26,221 bases of DNA from Polyangiales bacterium (GTDB lineage Bacteria; Myxococcota_A; Polyangia; Polyangiales; Houyiibacteriaceae), in NCBI GenBank assembly GCA_045106895.1, contig JBGCFM010000064.1, positions 1 through 26,221 of the forward strand. The letters are read 5' to 3'. The notes beneath the pieces were generated by a model. It did no database searches. It was given only the letters and a program-made list of their open reading frames with translations, and was not told where the DNA came from. The position numbers and the translations under genes are program-made. Position 1 is the stretch's first letter, and each line of letters opens with the position of its first letter. Below are positions 16,634 through 24,645 of this stretch, in pieces.

Positions 16634-17401
16634 CTAGGGCGTGCAGAGCATCGCGACAACCGTCACGTTGTCTTCGCCGCCATGGTCGTTGGCCGCGTCG
16701 CATAAGCTCCGGACGGTCAGTTCCATATCGTTTTCGGCTGCAACAACCAGGTCGCGGATCTGTTCGTCGGTGATCATGCCGTTAAGCCCGTCGGAGCAAA
16801 GGACGTAGATGTCCCCGACCTGAGGTTGGTCTGGGACCATGTCGACGGCTACGGAGTTTTGCATTCCAAGTGCGCGCGTGATCACGTTGGACGGAATCTC
16901 TTTGCGCTGGTCTTCGGGCATGTCCGGCATGACGAGCAAGAAGTCGTTGACCAAGGAATGGTCACGCGTGATCTGGATGATCTCACCGTTGCGAACGCGG
17001 TACGCCCGGCTGTCACCGACATGGGCGATATAAAATCGCTCGGCGGTCTTCGAGAAGAGCGCCCCGACGACGGTCGTTCCCATGCCATGGACTTCTTCGT
17101 CTTTGACGGAAGCCTCAAAGATGCGCCGGTTTGCCAGCTTGATGCTGGTGATGAGCCGGTTCTCCGCGATGCTCAGATGCGGGTCGAAGCTAAAGGGCCA
17201 CGTGGCGTCTTCGTTGTCCGTGGCATCAAAGAAGGACTCGATGGTCCGAGTGGACATCTGGCTGGCGACGTCACCTGCGCGGTGACCTCCCATTCCATCC
17301 GCAACGATGAACAGCGAGTGCTTCGGCAAAATGCAAAAGCTGTCCTCGTTGTGCTCGCGTTGGAGACCAACGTCCGATAAACCTGCCGCGACGAAATTCA
17401 T
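16634..17401 (-). CDS. PP2C-family Ser/Thr phosphatase (Stp1/Pph1-like)
   Basis: SDVGLQREHNEDS, VADGMGGH, GMGTT, HVGDSRAY, TRDHS, NVITRALG, LCSDGL, GGEDNVT. The DATWPF insert recalls myxobacterial Pph1. Confidence 0.95.
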   Translation of the reverse strand: MNFVAAGLSDVGLQREHNEDSFCILPKHSLFIVADGMGGHRAGDVASQMSTRTIESFFDATDNEDATWPFSFDPHLSIAENRLITSIKLANRRIFEASVKDEEVHGMGTTVVGALFSKTAERFYIAHVGDSRAYRVRNGEIIQITRDHSLVNDFLLVMPDMPEDQRKEIPSNVITRALGMQNSVAVDMVPDQPQVGDIYVLCSDGLNGMITDEQIRDLVVAAENDMELTVRSLCDAANDHGGEDNVTVVAMLCTP

Positions 17402-17429
17402 GGGCGACCCAAAGAGAAATCACGCTCTA

Positions 17430-17996
17430 ATGTTCGGTGCTTTGTGTCAAGCAGCGATCGCTTTTGTAGGCATTTCTGCGTGCGATTCGACTCCGGACCC
17501 ACGAACAACACGTGGTTGCATGGCATATGCGGCGGCCGCTCTCGAAAATCGGGAGATGAATCGCTTCTTTCGGGTCATCGACGAGCGTTCGAGGCACGCC
17601 CTCTACTCGATTCACGCCGATCGCAGCGCCGCAGCCGCCCGAATCATGGCGGATTACCCTCCAGAGATGCAGGAGGCGGCCCTCAGCGCCCTTGGACCCG
17701 CCGGCGCGGAGTCCCCCGCGGAGCTCTTCGCGGAGCGCTGTGACGCGGCCTGCCAGCAGGAGTTCGCCGAAGTGATCGGGGCACCGATGGAAGAGGAGCG
17801 CGTGGGCGACGAGCTGGTCGTGACGACGTCTCGAGGCGAGCTTCGGCTCTACCGCGCCGACGAGGGGGCCTGGTGGGGGATCGTCTGGAAACGCGAGGAG
17901 CTCGACCGAGAGCGCGATCGCGCAGGCCAGGACCTGCGTCAGATCGAGGCCAACGCAGAGACGTACCGCCGTCGCCAAGCGCTCCAGGACAACTAA
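17430..17996 (+). CDS. Hypothetical lipoprotein
   Basis: Hydrophobic N-terminus with ISAC lipobox and good codon bias. Start uncertain. Confidence 0.7.
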   Translation: MFGALCQAAIAFVGISACDSTPDPRTTRGCMAYAAAALENREMNRFFRVIDERSRHALYSIHADRSAAAARIMADYPPEMQEAALSALGPAGAESPAELFAERCDAACQQEFAEVIGAPMEEERVGDELVVTTSRGELRLYRADEGAWWGIVWKREELDRERDRAGQDLRQIEANAETYRRRQALQDN

Positions 17997-18053
17997 CCCC
18001 CACGTTTGGAAGTTTCTGGATCCCCTCCGCCGGGACGTCTAGGTTCGCTCACC

Positions 18054-19109
18054 ATGAAGCGAATTGCGATTATTGGTGGCGATGGAATTGGACCCGAAGT
18101 CGTGGCGGAGGGCATTCGAGTCCTGGAAACGCTGAGCGAGATTCGTGGCTACGAATACTCGCTGACGCACTTTGACCTGAACGCAGACCGCTATCTCAAG
18201 GACGGGACCACCTTTCCCGAGGCAGATCAGGCGTCCGTTCGCGAGCACGACGCGGTGCTCCTCGGAGCGATGGGGGACCCACGGGTGCCCGATATGGCCC
18301 ACGCCCGCGACATCCTCTTCGGGCTGCGCTTTGGTCTCGACCTCTACTGCAACGTGCGCCCGATTCAGTGTCTCGACGATAGCCTGATGCCCCTCAAGGG
18401 ATACGCCGCCGAAGACTGCAACTTCACGGTTTTCCGCGAGAACACGGAGGGCATCTACGTGGGCATTGGCGGGCACTTCAAGAAGGGTACGCCGGACGAA
18501 ATCGCCATTCAGGAAAGCGTCAACTCACGCAAAGGCGTGGAGCGCGTCATCCGCGCGGCGTTCGAGTTTGCGAAGAAAAATGGGCACAAGACGGTGCACA
18601 TGGCGGACAAACACAACGCGATGAAACACGGTCACGAGCTGTGGATTCGTTGCTTTCGCGAGGTGGCGGAGGAGTATCCCGGCATCGCGGCCAAACATGT
18701 TTTCGTCGACGCGCTCTGCCTTTACATGATCCAGGACCCCTCCCAGTTTGAAGTGATCGTCACGAGCAACCTCTTCGGCGACATCGTGACGGATCTCGGA
18801 GCAGCCCTCCAAGGCGGCATGGGCATGGCTGCAAGTGGGAACATCAACCCGGGTTCCGTCTCCATGTTCGAGCCGGTCCATGGGAGCGCACCTCCACTGA
18901 CGGGGAAGAACGTGGCCAACCCCCTGGCGACGGTGCTCTCCGTCGGAATGCTCCTGACTCATCTCGGCTTCGAAGGGGAAGAAGCGCGGCTCACGGACAT
19001 CGTTCGCCGCGCTGTTCGGGAAAAAATGTGCACCAGTGAGGTCGGCGGCGCGCTAGGCACCCGCGAAACCGGCGAATGGGTCTGCCAGCAGCTACGCGCT
19101 GGATCCTAA
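18054..19109 (+). CDS. leuB: 3-isopropylmalate dehydrogenase (isocitrate/isopropylmalate/tartrate dehydrogenase family)
   Basis: GDGIGPEV, LRFGLDLYCNVRP, RENTEGIY, NLFGDIVTDLGA, MFEPVHGSAP. Substrate not certain because the gene is outside a leu operon. Confidence 0.8.
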   Translation: MKRIAIIGGDGIGPEVVAEGIRVLETLSEIRGYEYSLTHFDLNADRYLKDGTTFPEADQASVREHDAVLLGAMGDPRVPDMAHARDILFGLRFGLDLYCNVRPIQCLDDSLMPLKGYAAEDCNFTVFRENTEGIYVGIGGHFKKGTPDEIAIQESVNSRKGVERVIRAAFEFAKKNGHKTVHMADKHNAMKHGHELWIRCFREVAEEYPGIAAKHVFVDALCLYMIQDPSQFEVIVTSNLFGDIVTDLGAALQGGMGMAASGNINPGSVSMFEPVHGSAPPLTGKNVANPLATVLSVGMLLTHLGFEGEEARLTDIVRRAVREKMCTSEVGGALGTRETGEWVCQQLRAGS

Positions 19110-19123
19110 CTGTAATATTACAG
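19110..19123. promoter_or_regulatory. Perfect 14-bp palindrome, possible operator
   Basis: CTGTAATATTACAG, AT-rich, ~80 bp upstream of the 19203 gene. Confidence 0.5.
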
Positions 19124-19202
19124 CAACAACATAAGACCGGAAGTCTTTGGAGACGGCGCCTCGATCCCCTATCCTTGGACACAAGGGGAGGAAAGTGGGG
19201 AT

Positions 19203-19655
19203 ATGCTTCGATCTATCGAAACATCCGACGCTAAAGAGCGTGCGTGGAAGTCAGACCGAGGTTCGCTTCGAATTCGAACGCCCGTGCCTGAGGTTCTGGT
19301 GTTCGTCGAAGAAGGACATTTGGACACCGCGGCCGCGTCCCTGATCGCGGAGGCGTCCAACAACGCCCTGAAGTGCCCAAGGCCACTCCACCTTTTCGTC
19401 GATGCGTACGACCTCATGAGCTACACGCCGGACGTTCGTAAAGGACCGACGGACTGGCTGATGGCCAACCGCTCTCGTCTTGCGGTGCAGCATATGTTGG
19501 TGCGTTCGAAAATTACCAAGATGGGCCTCTCCGTGGCCAGTCTTGCGCTCGGTGGTTTGATCAAAGGCCATGCGTCTCGCGCATCTTTTGGACTCGCTCT
19601 CGATCAGACACTTGCAGAACTTCGTGGCCGCGGGCGAACCAGTCCGCGTTTCTAG
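19203..19655 (+). CDS. Hypothetical protein, STAS/SEC14-like
   Basis: 150 aa with GGGGAGG RBS. Alpha/beta pattern (EGHLD...LFVDAYDLMSYTPDVRK...HMLVRSKITKMGLSV) typical of myxobacterial STAS/SEC14-like proteins. Confidence 0.7.
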   Translation: MLRSIETSDAKERAWKSDRGSLRIRTPVPEVLVFVEEGHLDTAAASLIAEASNNALKCPRPLHLFVDAYDLMSYTPDVRKGPTDWLMANRSRLAVQHMLVRSKITKMGLSVASLALGGLIKGHASRASFGLALDQTLAELRGRGRTSPRF

Positions 19656-19772
19656 ACGTACAGAACACAACACTCTTAACGGCACGCGCTCGCCGACCTG
19701 AAGGGCGCCTCTTATTTCGACACTTAGACTTTTACTTCAGGAACAAAAAACAAGACGAAAGAGGGGGTCCGA

Positions 19773-21245
19773 ATGGGTTCAAACGTATCGCGTAGAGGAT
19801 TTGTAGCAGGAGCCGGTGCGGCTCTAGCAGTGACGGCTTTTGACCCCACCAGCCGAACGTGGGTGGCGACAGCCCACGCGCACGGCGGATCCTGTGACGA
19901 CGCGATATCGATCCCGAACCTGGACGGGGAACTCACCACGGACGCAGCGGCGCTCGCCGAAGCGGCCGACGACTTCGGTCATATCATCAGTCGAACACCT
20001 CGCGCGGTTCTGCGACCGGGCTCTGAGCGGGACATCCGCCGCCTGATTCGCTTCTGTTACCGCCACCGAATCAAGGTGGCGATGCGCGGACAGGGACATG
20101 CCGTCTTTGGTGAAGCTCAGACTGATTGCGGTGTTGTGATCGACTCACGCACACTCAACACGATTCATAGCATTGGGCCCGAAGGCGCCGTCGTCGACGC
20201 TGGCGTGACCTGGCGTGAACTAACACTGGCAGCCCTCGCTCAAGGACTAACTCCACTCGTCCTAGCGGACTATCTAGACCTCAGCGTCGGCGGTGTCCTC
20301 TCCGTCGGAGGCATTGGCGGCAACATGAACCAGGTTGGCTCCGTCGCCGACAGCGTTGAAGAAGTCCGCGTGGTGACAGGTCGTGGCCAGCGCCGCCGGG
20401 CATCGTCACGTAGACATCGCGACCTCTTTGAGTCTGTGCTTGGCGGACTCGGCCAGTATGGTGTGATCACGCAGGCGACCATTCCTTTGGGGCCCGCGCC
20501 AGCGCTCGTTCGTGTCTACGAGCTGACCTACACCGACCTTCATACCTACCTCGAAGACCAGCGTATGCTCGTCGACGACGCGCGCTTCGGCTACCACGAA
20601 GGTCAGATCGTTCCCGCTGCCGGTGGCGGCTGGGCCTACAAGATCGAAGTCGGCGCGTACTACACGCCGCCGGTCGGTCCTGACGATGCGGCGCTCCTCG
20701 CCGGACTATCCCCAGATGGCGGCACCGTCCAGACGGATTTCCCATACTTCGTGTGGCTTGACCGGGTGGCCTTCGCCGAGGCGGCGCTCCGCGATATCGG
20801 CCTCTGGGACACGCCGAATCCGTGGTCTGATCTCTTCATCCCAGACGCAAACGTCGAGTCCTACATCGCCAACGACGTCATTCCGTTTTTGACGCCGGAC
20901 CAGGTCGGCGCCGGGCTGCTCTTGCTCTATCCATTCCGCACCAACGTCATCCAGCGCCCATTTTTCAAGATGCCGCGGGACCGCATCACTTGGGCCTTTG
21001 ATATCCTGCGCTTCCCCTTCGACCCCTCACCAGCGACCACAAACGCCCTCGTGGATGAGAATCGCCGCTTGTTCGACGCTGCCGTGGCCTGTGAAGGAAA
21101 GCAGTACCCGATCGGCGCGCTTGAGCTCTCACAGCGCGATTGGCTTCGTCATTACGGCCGAAGTTTGTTCGGCGTCGTTGGTCAAAAACACCGATATGAC
21201 CCTAGAAACATCATGACCCCTGGACAAGGAATTTTCCGCTCCTAA
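19773..21245 (+). CDS. Tat-exported FAD-linked oxidase, cytokinin dehydrogenase-like
   Basis: Tat signal SRRGFV. Motifs DFGHI...P.AVLRP, RGQGHAVFGEAQ, DYLDLSVGGVLS, VLGGLGQYGVIT, LWDTPNPW, K.RYDP.NIMTPGQGIF. Confidence 0.88.
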   Translation: MGSNVSRRGFVAGAGAALAVTAFDPTSRTWVATAHAHGGSCDDAISIPNLDGELTTDAAALAEAADDFGHIISRTPRAVLRPGSERDIRRLIRFCYRHRIKVAMRGQGHAVFGEAQTDCGVVIDSRTLNTIHSIGPEGAVVDAGVTWRELTLAALAQGLTPLVLADYLDLSVGGVLSVGGIGGNMNQVGSVADSVEEVRVVTGRGQRRRASSRRHRDLFESVLGGLGQYGVITQATIPLGPAPALVRVYELTYTDLHTYLEDQRMLVDDARFGYHEGQIVPAAGGGWAYKIEVGAYYTPPVGPDDAALLAGLSPDGGTVQTDFPYFVWLDRVAFAEAALRDIGLWDTPNPWSDLFIPDANVESYIANDVIPFLTPDQVGAGLLLLYPFRTNVIQRPFFKMPRDRITWAFDILRFPFDPSPATTNALVDENRRLFDAAVACEGKQYPIGALELSQRDWLRHYGRSLFGVVGQKHRYDPRNIMTPGQGIFRS

Positions 21246-21292
21246 TACTCCCAAAACGGGGTATAGTGTCGTATCCCTATTTTGGAGTAGAA

Positions 21293-21664
21293 ATGCCCAC
21301 CTGCGAAGTCGACTGGTTCAATCACGATGTCATGGAGTTCTCCTATCAGGGCAAAGTCCTGCTGGAGGACCTCCGAGCCATGGTCCAGAAGAGCAAGCAG
21401 ATGATGGAAATCCGTGTGCCGAAGGTACAGCTGGTGGACACCCTCGCCGTGACGGGGGTGCCTCCAGAAATCGGAGCCGTTCTAGGTGAGCTGCTTGAGC
21501 ATTACCGTGTGTCCGGAGGAAAGATCATCGTCATGGTCGCCTCCGACCAACTGAACGAGATGCTGGGACGCTCGATGAGCTTTAGCGCAGGCATCAAGCT
21601 TGAGCTTTTCGACAACCGAGCTGACGCACTCAACTTCGTGCGCGAGCAGGTCGCCGCCGCCTAG
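21293..21664 (+). CDS. Hypothetical protein, STAS/SEC14 (SpoIIAA-like)
   Basis: 123 aa with GGAG RBS. C-terminal ELFDNRADALNFV matches the F....EA..WL-type ending of this family. Confidence 0.7.
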   Translation: MPTCEVDWFNHDVMEFSYQGKVLLEDLRAMVQKSKQMMEIRVPKVQLVDTLAVTGVPPEIGAVLGELLEHYRVSGGKIIVMVASDQLNEMLGRSMSFSAGIKLELFDNRADALNFVREQVAAA

Positions 21665-22530
21665 TCTGCCGCGTTCGGCGACCAGTCGTAGTCCGAGTAA
21701 CGGAGCCTCGTGCGCTCGTTACGAACAGTCGCGGCGCCTTCTTCGTCAAGGCGTGCCGCGATAAACTCACGGACCCCTCCACCAGCGCTGAAGTCGTCGG
21801 CGAACCACTCGAAGAGCTTGCTCACCGTCACGCGACGACCGCGAAGACTGGTGCTGCTGCGAACAAAGGCCCGCGCCTGCTCTTCCAGCGAGGTCTCAAG
21901 ACTCTCTGCATCGAAGGGAGCGTTGCGAAGGGGCGGACAGCTCGTCGAAGCGCAGTTGACGGCGAAGTGAATGCGTGGCTCCCCGAAGACCGCGCGAATG
22001 CGCTCGTTTTCTAGAGTATTGAGAGTCATCTGCTCGCCCGCGACGCTGTGCTCGATGCCATCGAAGAAGCCTTCGACCTCCATCACACCTTCGATGGGCC
22101 AGCGTTCGATGACCGCGTGAACCGTGAGGATGTTGTAGGCGTTGATCAGAAACGCCAAACGTTCGTCGCGGGACCAACTGGAGAGGTCTTGCGCGCTTCC
22201 AACGGCAAGGGCGGCAGCAGCGAGCTTTGCTTTGGCCTCGTCGTCTGCATGGAGCGCAGCGTAGCGAAAGCCGTCGTCATTGACGTAGGTCTGTAGCAGC
22301 TCACCCCACGAAGCCATGCTCGGTCTTGCCGGCGGGGCCTCGCGCGCAACCTCCGGCGTCTCCTCTGGGGTCTCCGGGGCTGCTTCGGCCTCTTCCGGCT
22401 CTGTCGCGCCGGCGGCGACGGGCGTCTGGGCCATGGTGGAAGGGCTCGCGGAACCCGCGTTTGAGCTCGAGCCGCTTGGACCACAGGCAGCGAGGACAAG
22501 GACAAAGGAAAGCCGTTTAGTGATCATCAT
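21661..22530 (-). CDS. DUF547-domain lipoprotein
   Basis: Lipobox LAAC. LAFLINAYN, TLNTLENERIR, EPRIHFAVNCASTSCPPL, SKLFEWFADDF, YDWSPN. Confidence 0.92.
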   Translation of the reverse strand: MMITKRLSFVLVLAACGPSGSSSNAGSASPSTMAQTPVAAGATEPEEAEAAPETPEETPEVAREAPPARPSMASWGELLQTYVNDDGFRYAALHADDEAKAKLAAAALAVGSAQDLSSWSRDERLAFLINAYNILTVHAVIERWPIEGVMEVEGFFDGIEHSVAGEQMTLNTLENERIRAVFGEPRIHFAVNCASTSCPPLRNAPFDAESLETSLEEQARAFVRSSTSLRGRRVTVSKLFEWFADDFSAGGGVREFIAARLDEEGAATVRNERTRLRYSDYDWSPNAAD

Positions 22531-22561
22531 ATGTAGCTCGTAGGCCTGAGCGTCCGTTCCG

Positions 22562-23779
22562 TTACGCGCTGCCGGCGGTTTCTTCGAGCTCTTTGTTCGC
22601 CGTCTCTGGAAGGAGCCAGTAGATGAGGCCGATGGACACGAAGCTGAAGACCGCCGTGGAGGCTACGACGGGTCCATAAGCCCCGGTTTCGCGAACAGCG
22701 AGTCCCACAAAGAAGGGCGAGAGCACGTAGCCGAAGCGACCCAAAAGGTTATTGGACCAAGCAGCAGCGGTGCCTCGGAGCTGTGTCGGAAAGAGCTCGC
22801 TGGTGTAAGCGTTGAGCAATGGGAGGTACGCGCTCGCGCCAAAGATCCCGAGCGTCAGAGCGATGGTCAGAGCCCAATGCGACTCAAGGGTGTAGCAGAG
22901 GATGACGCCGACCCCGCCGAGAGAGAACACGACGGCGGCTCCAAGCTTGCGACCCAGCCGGTCCAAGAGTTTGCCGGAGCCGAAGACGAAAGGCATCGAG
23001 ACGATAGCCGCGAAGGTGAGGGACTGAGAGACGTCGACATCCGTGAAGCCTCGTTCGTTCACGGCGAACACCTTCCAAAACGACACGGCGTTCTGAGCGG
23101 GAATGTAGGCGACAAACCAGATAAGCCCGAGAACCAAGATGTTGCGAGCGTGAGGGGTTTTCCACACCGCCAGGAGCGGCATGGGTGGGGCTTTGGCTTC
23201 TTGGAAGCGCTTGGTTTCCTTGAGTCCTCGACGGGCCGCCATGAGGATAACCAGGGGAATCGCCCCCACAAAGTAGACGGTTCGCCAGCCGTACGAGGTG
23301 GCGAGGAGCAAGGGGACGACGCCGGCACAGAAGATTGAACCGAGGCTCGAGCAAGCTTGGATGACACCGAGGGTCATGCCGCGGCGATCAGCCGGGAATT
23401 CCTCCGCGGCGATGACCATGCTGATGGCCCACTCCGCGAGAAGAAATACACGCGCGAGGAGCTGCGCCGCGACGAAGATATAAATGTTCGTGGCGAAACC
23501 GCTCAGCACGGTGAACACCGTATAGCCAAGGATGGTGACCGTGAGCACGCGCTTGCGACCCCACACGTCGGCTTTGCGAACGAGCCAGAACGCCAACACA
23601 GCGCCGATGTTCACGGCGCCGACGATGTAACCGCTCGCTTCTAGCGGGAGGTCAAACTCCTCCGTGAGGTTCGTGAGGATCTGACTCAGCGCATAGAAGT
23701 CGTAACCCTCAAAGAAGGTCGCGATGCTGAGAAAGAAAAAGAGCTTCCGCTGATACGGAGTAAATGGCGTCTTCTGCAT
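22562..23779 (-). CDS. MFS transporter
   Basis: FFEGYD, motif A KADVWGRKR, EEFPADRRG, YGWR, LLDRLGRK, SELFPTQLRG, LPET. Confidence 0.93.
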   Translation of the reverse strand: MQKTPFTPYQRKLFFFLSIATFFEGYDFYALSQILTNLTEEFDLPLEASGYIVGAVNIGAVLAFWLVRKADVWGRKRVLTVTILGYTVFTVLSGFATNIYIFVAAQLLARVFLLAEWAISMVIAAEEFPADRRGMTLGVIQACSSLGSIFCAGVVPLLLATSYGWRTVYFVGAIPLVILMAARRGLKETKRFQEAKAPPMPLLAVWKTPHARNILVLGLIWFVAYIPAQNAVSFWKVFAVNERGFTDVDVSQSLTFAAIVSMPFVFGSGKLLDRLGRKLGAAVVFSLGGVGVILCYTLESHWALTIALTLGIFGASAYLPLLNAYTSELFPTQLRGTAAAWSNNLLGRFGYVLSPFFVGLAVRETGAYGPVVASTAVFSFVSIGLIYWLLPETANKELEETAGSA

Positions 23780-23796
23780 GGGCGCGCGGCTGCGGC

Positions 23797-24006
23797 CTAC
23801 TTGCCGGAGCGAATCTTGTCTGCGACTTCGGAGGCTTCGCTCTCTTCTTCGTCCGCTACGGTGCAGCAGACGAAGGCGAGATCAGCGAGGGCCGCGAGAG
23901 CGGCCGGCCGGTCGCTTTTGAGGGCGCCCGGGTTGGCGCTGATCCACGCAGCCGCGATGTCTTTGAAAAGGAACACGCGATTCTCGATGGTGCTGTCGTT
24001 CGCCAT
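23797..24006 (-). CDS. Small hypothetical protein (69 aa)
   Basis: MANDSTIENRVFLFKD... fills the gap upstream of the MFS gene. The longer 173-aa call would overlap the opposite gene. Confidence 0.6.
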   Translation of the reverse strand: MANDSTIENRVFLFKDIAAAWISANPGALKSDRPAALAALADLAFVCCTVADEEESEASEVADKIRSGK

Positions 24007-24129
24007 ACGCCGCAGCTTGTCAGGGTTAGCGACAAAACGAAACCCTCTGCGACCTCGTCGAGGCAGCCAGAGAATCGACGACGCTAGAATCGTGGTGAAA
24101 CATCCGGTCCTTCCCCGCATACCCATGAC

Positions 24130-24645
24130 GTGGGCATTCTGAGGCGAGTACATTGGATGGTTTATGCGCTCCTCGCGCCTTTGGTCCTGATGGGACTCTA
24201 CCGTCTCATCGTCGGAGGCGGACGTCGGGTCGAGGTCATTGGCAGCGGCGTGCTGACGCTCCTCGAAGAGACCGACGCACCAGAAGGCACCCGCTACGCG
24301 CTCTCCGTGCGAGCACACGAGAGCTTGAGCGCCACCGAGAGCCGCGCGCTGGAGGCGGTCTCGCGCTGGCCCGATGTGCTGGTCATCGGCTTCTCCGAGA
24401 GTGCTCTTGAAGAGCCTGAAGCCCGCTCCGTTCTCGAGCGAGTAGCGATGGCCGCGGAGAACGCTACGGCGGTTCCCGTGCTTGTCGGTTTTGAGGCGCC
24501 TTGGTTTTCCGCACTGTGTAACGTCTCGGCGCTCAGGCTATGCGTCGAGCCAGGCTCAGACCCCGCCGCCGCCATCGCCGCCGGTGTCGAGGAAGCGTGG
24601 CAGCGGCACCGTCGCCTTGAAGCGTCGACACAGACAGGTCGCTGA
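24130..24645 (+). CDS. Hypothetical membrane-anchored protein
   Basis: N-terminal TM segment, then an alpha/beta region (PDVLVIGF). Stop abuts the GH113 start. Start may be 24157. Confidence 0.65.
   Translation: MGILRRVHWMVYALLAPLVLMGLYRLIVGGGRRVEVIGSGVLTLLEETDAPEGTRYALSVRAHESLSATESRALEAVSRWPDVLVIGFSESALEEPEARSVLERVAMAAENATAVPVLVGFEAPWFSALCNVSALRLCVEPGSDPAAAIAAGVEEAWQRHRRLEASTQTGR

Noticed and set aside
19110..19123. LexA SOS box
   Set aside because: The spacer is CTGT-N6-ACAG, not the N8 of the enterobacterial box. Kept only as an unassigned palindrome.
19679..19696. GGCACG upstream of the oxidase as a sigma54 promoter
   Set aside because: GG-to-GC spacing is off by one base and the TGG is missing.
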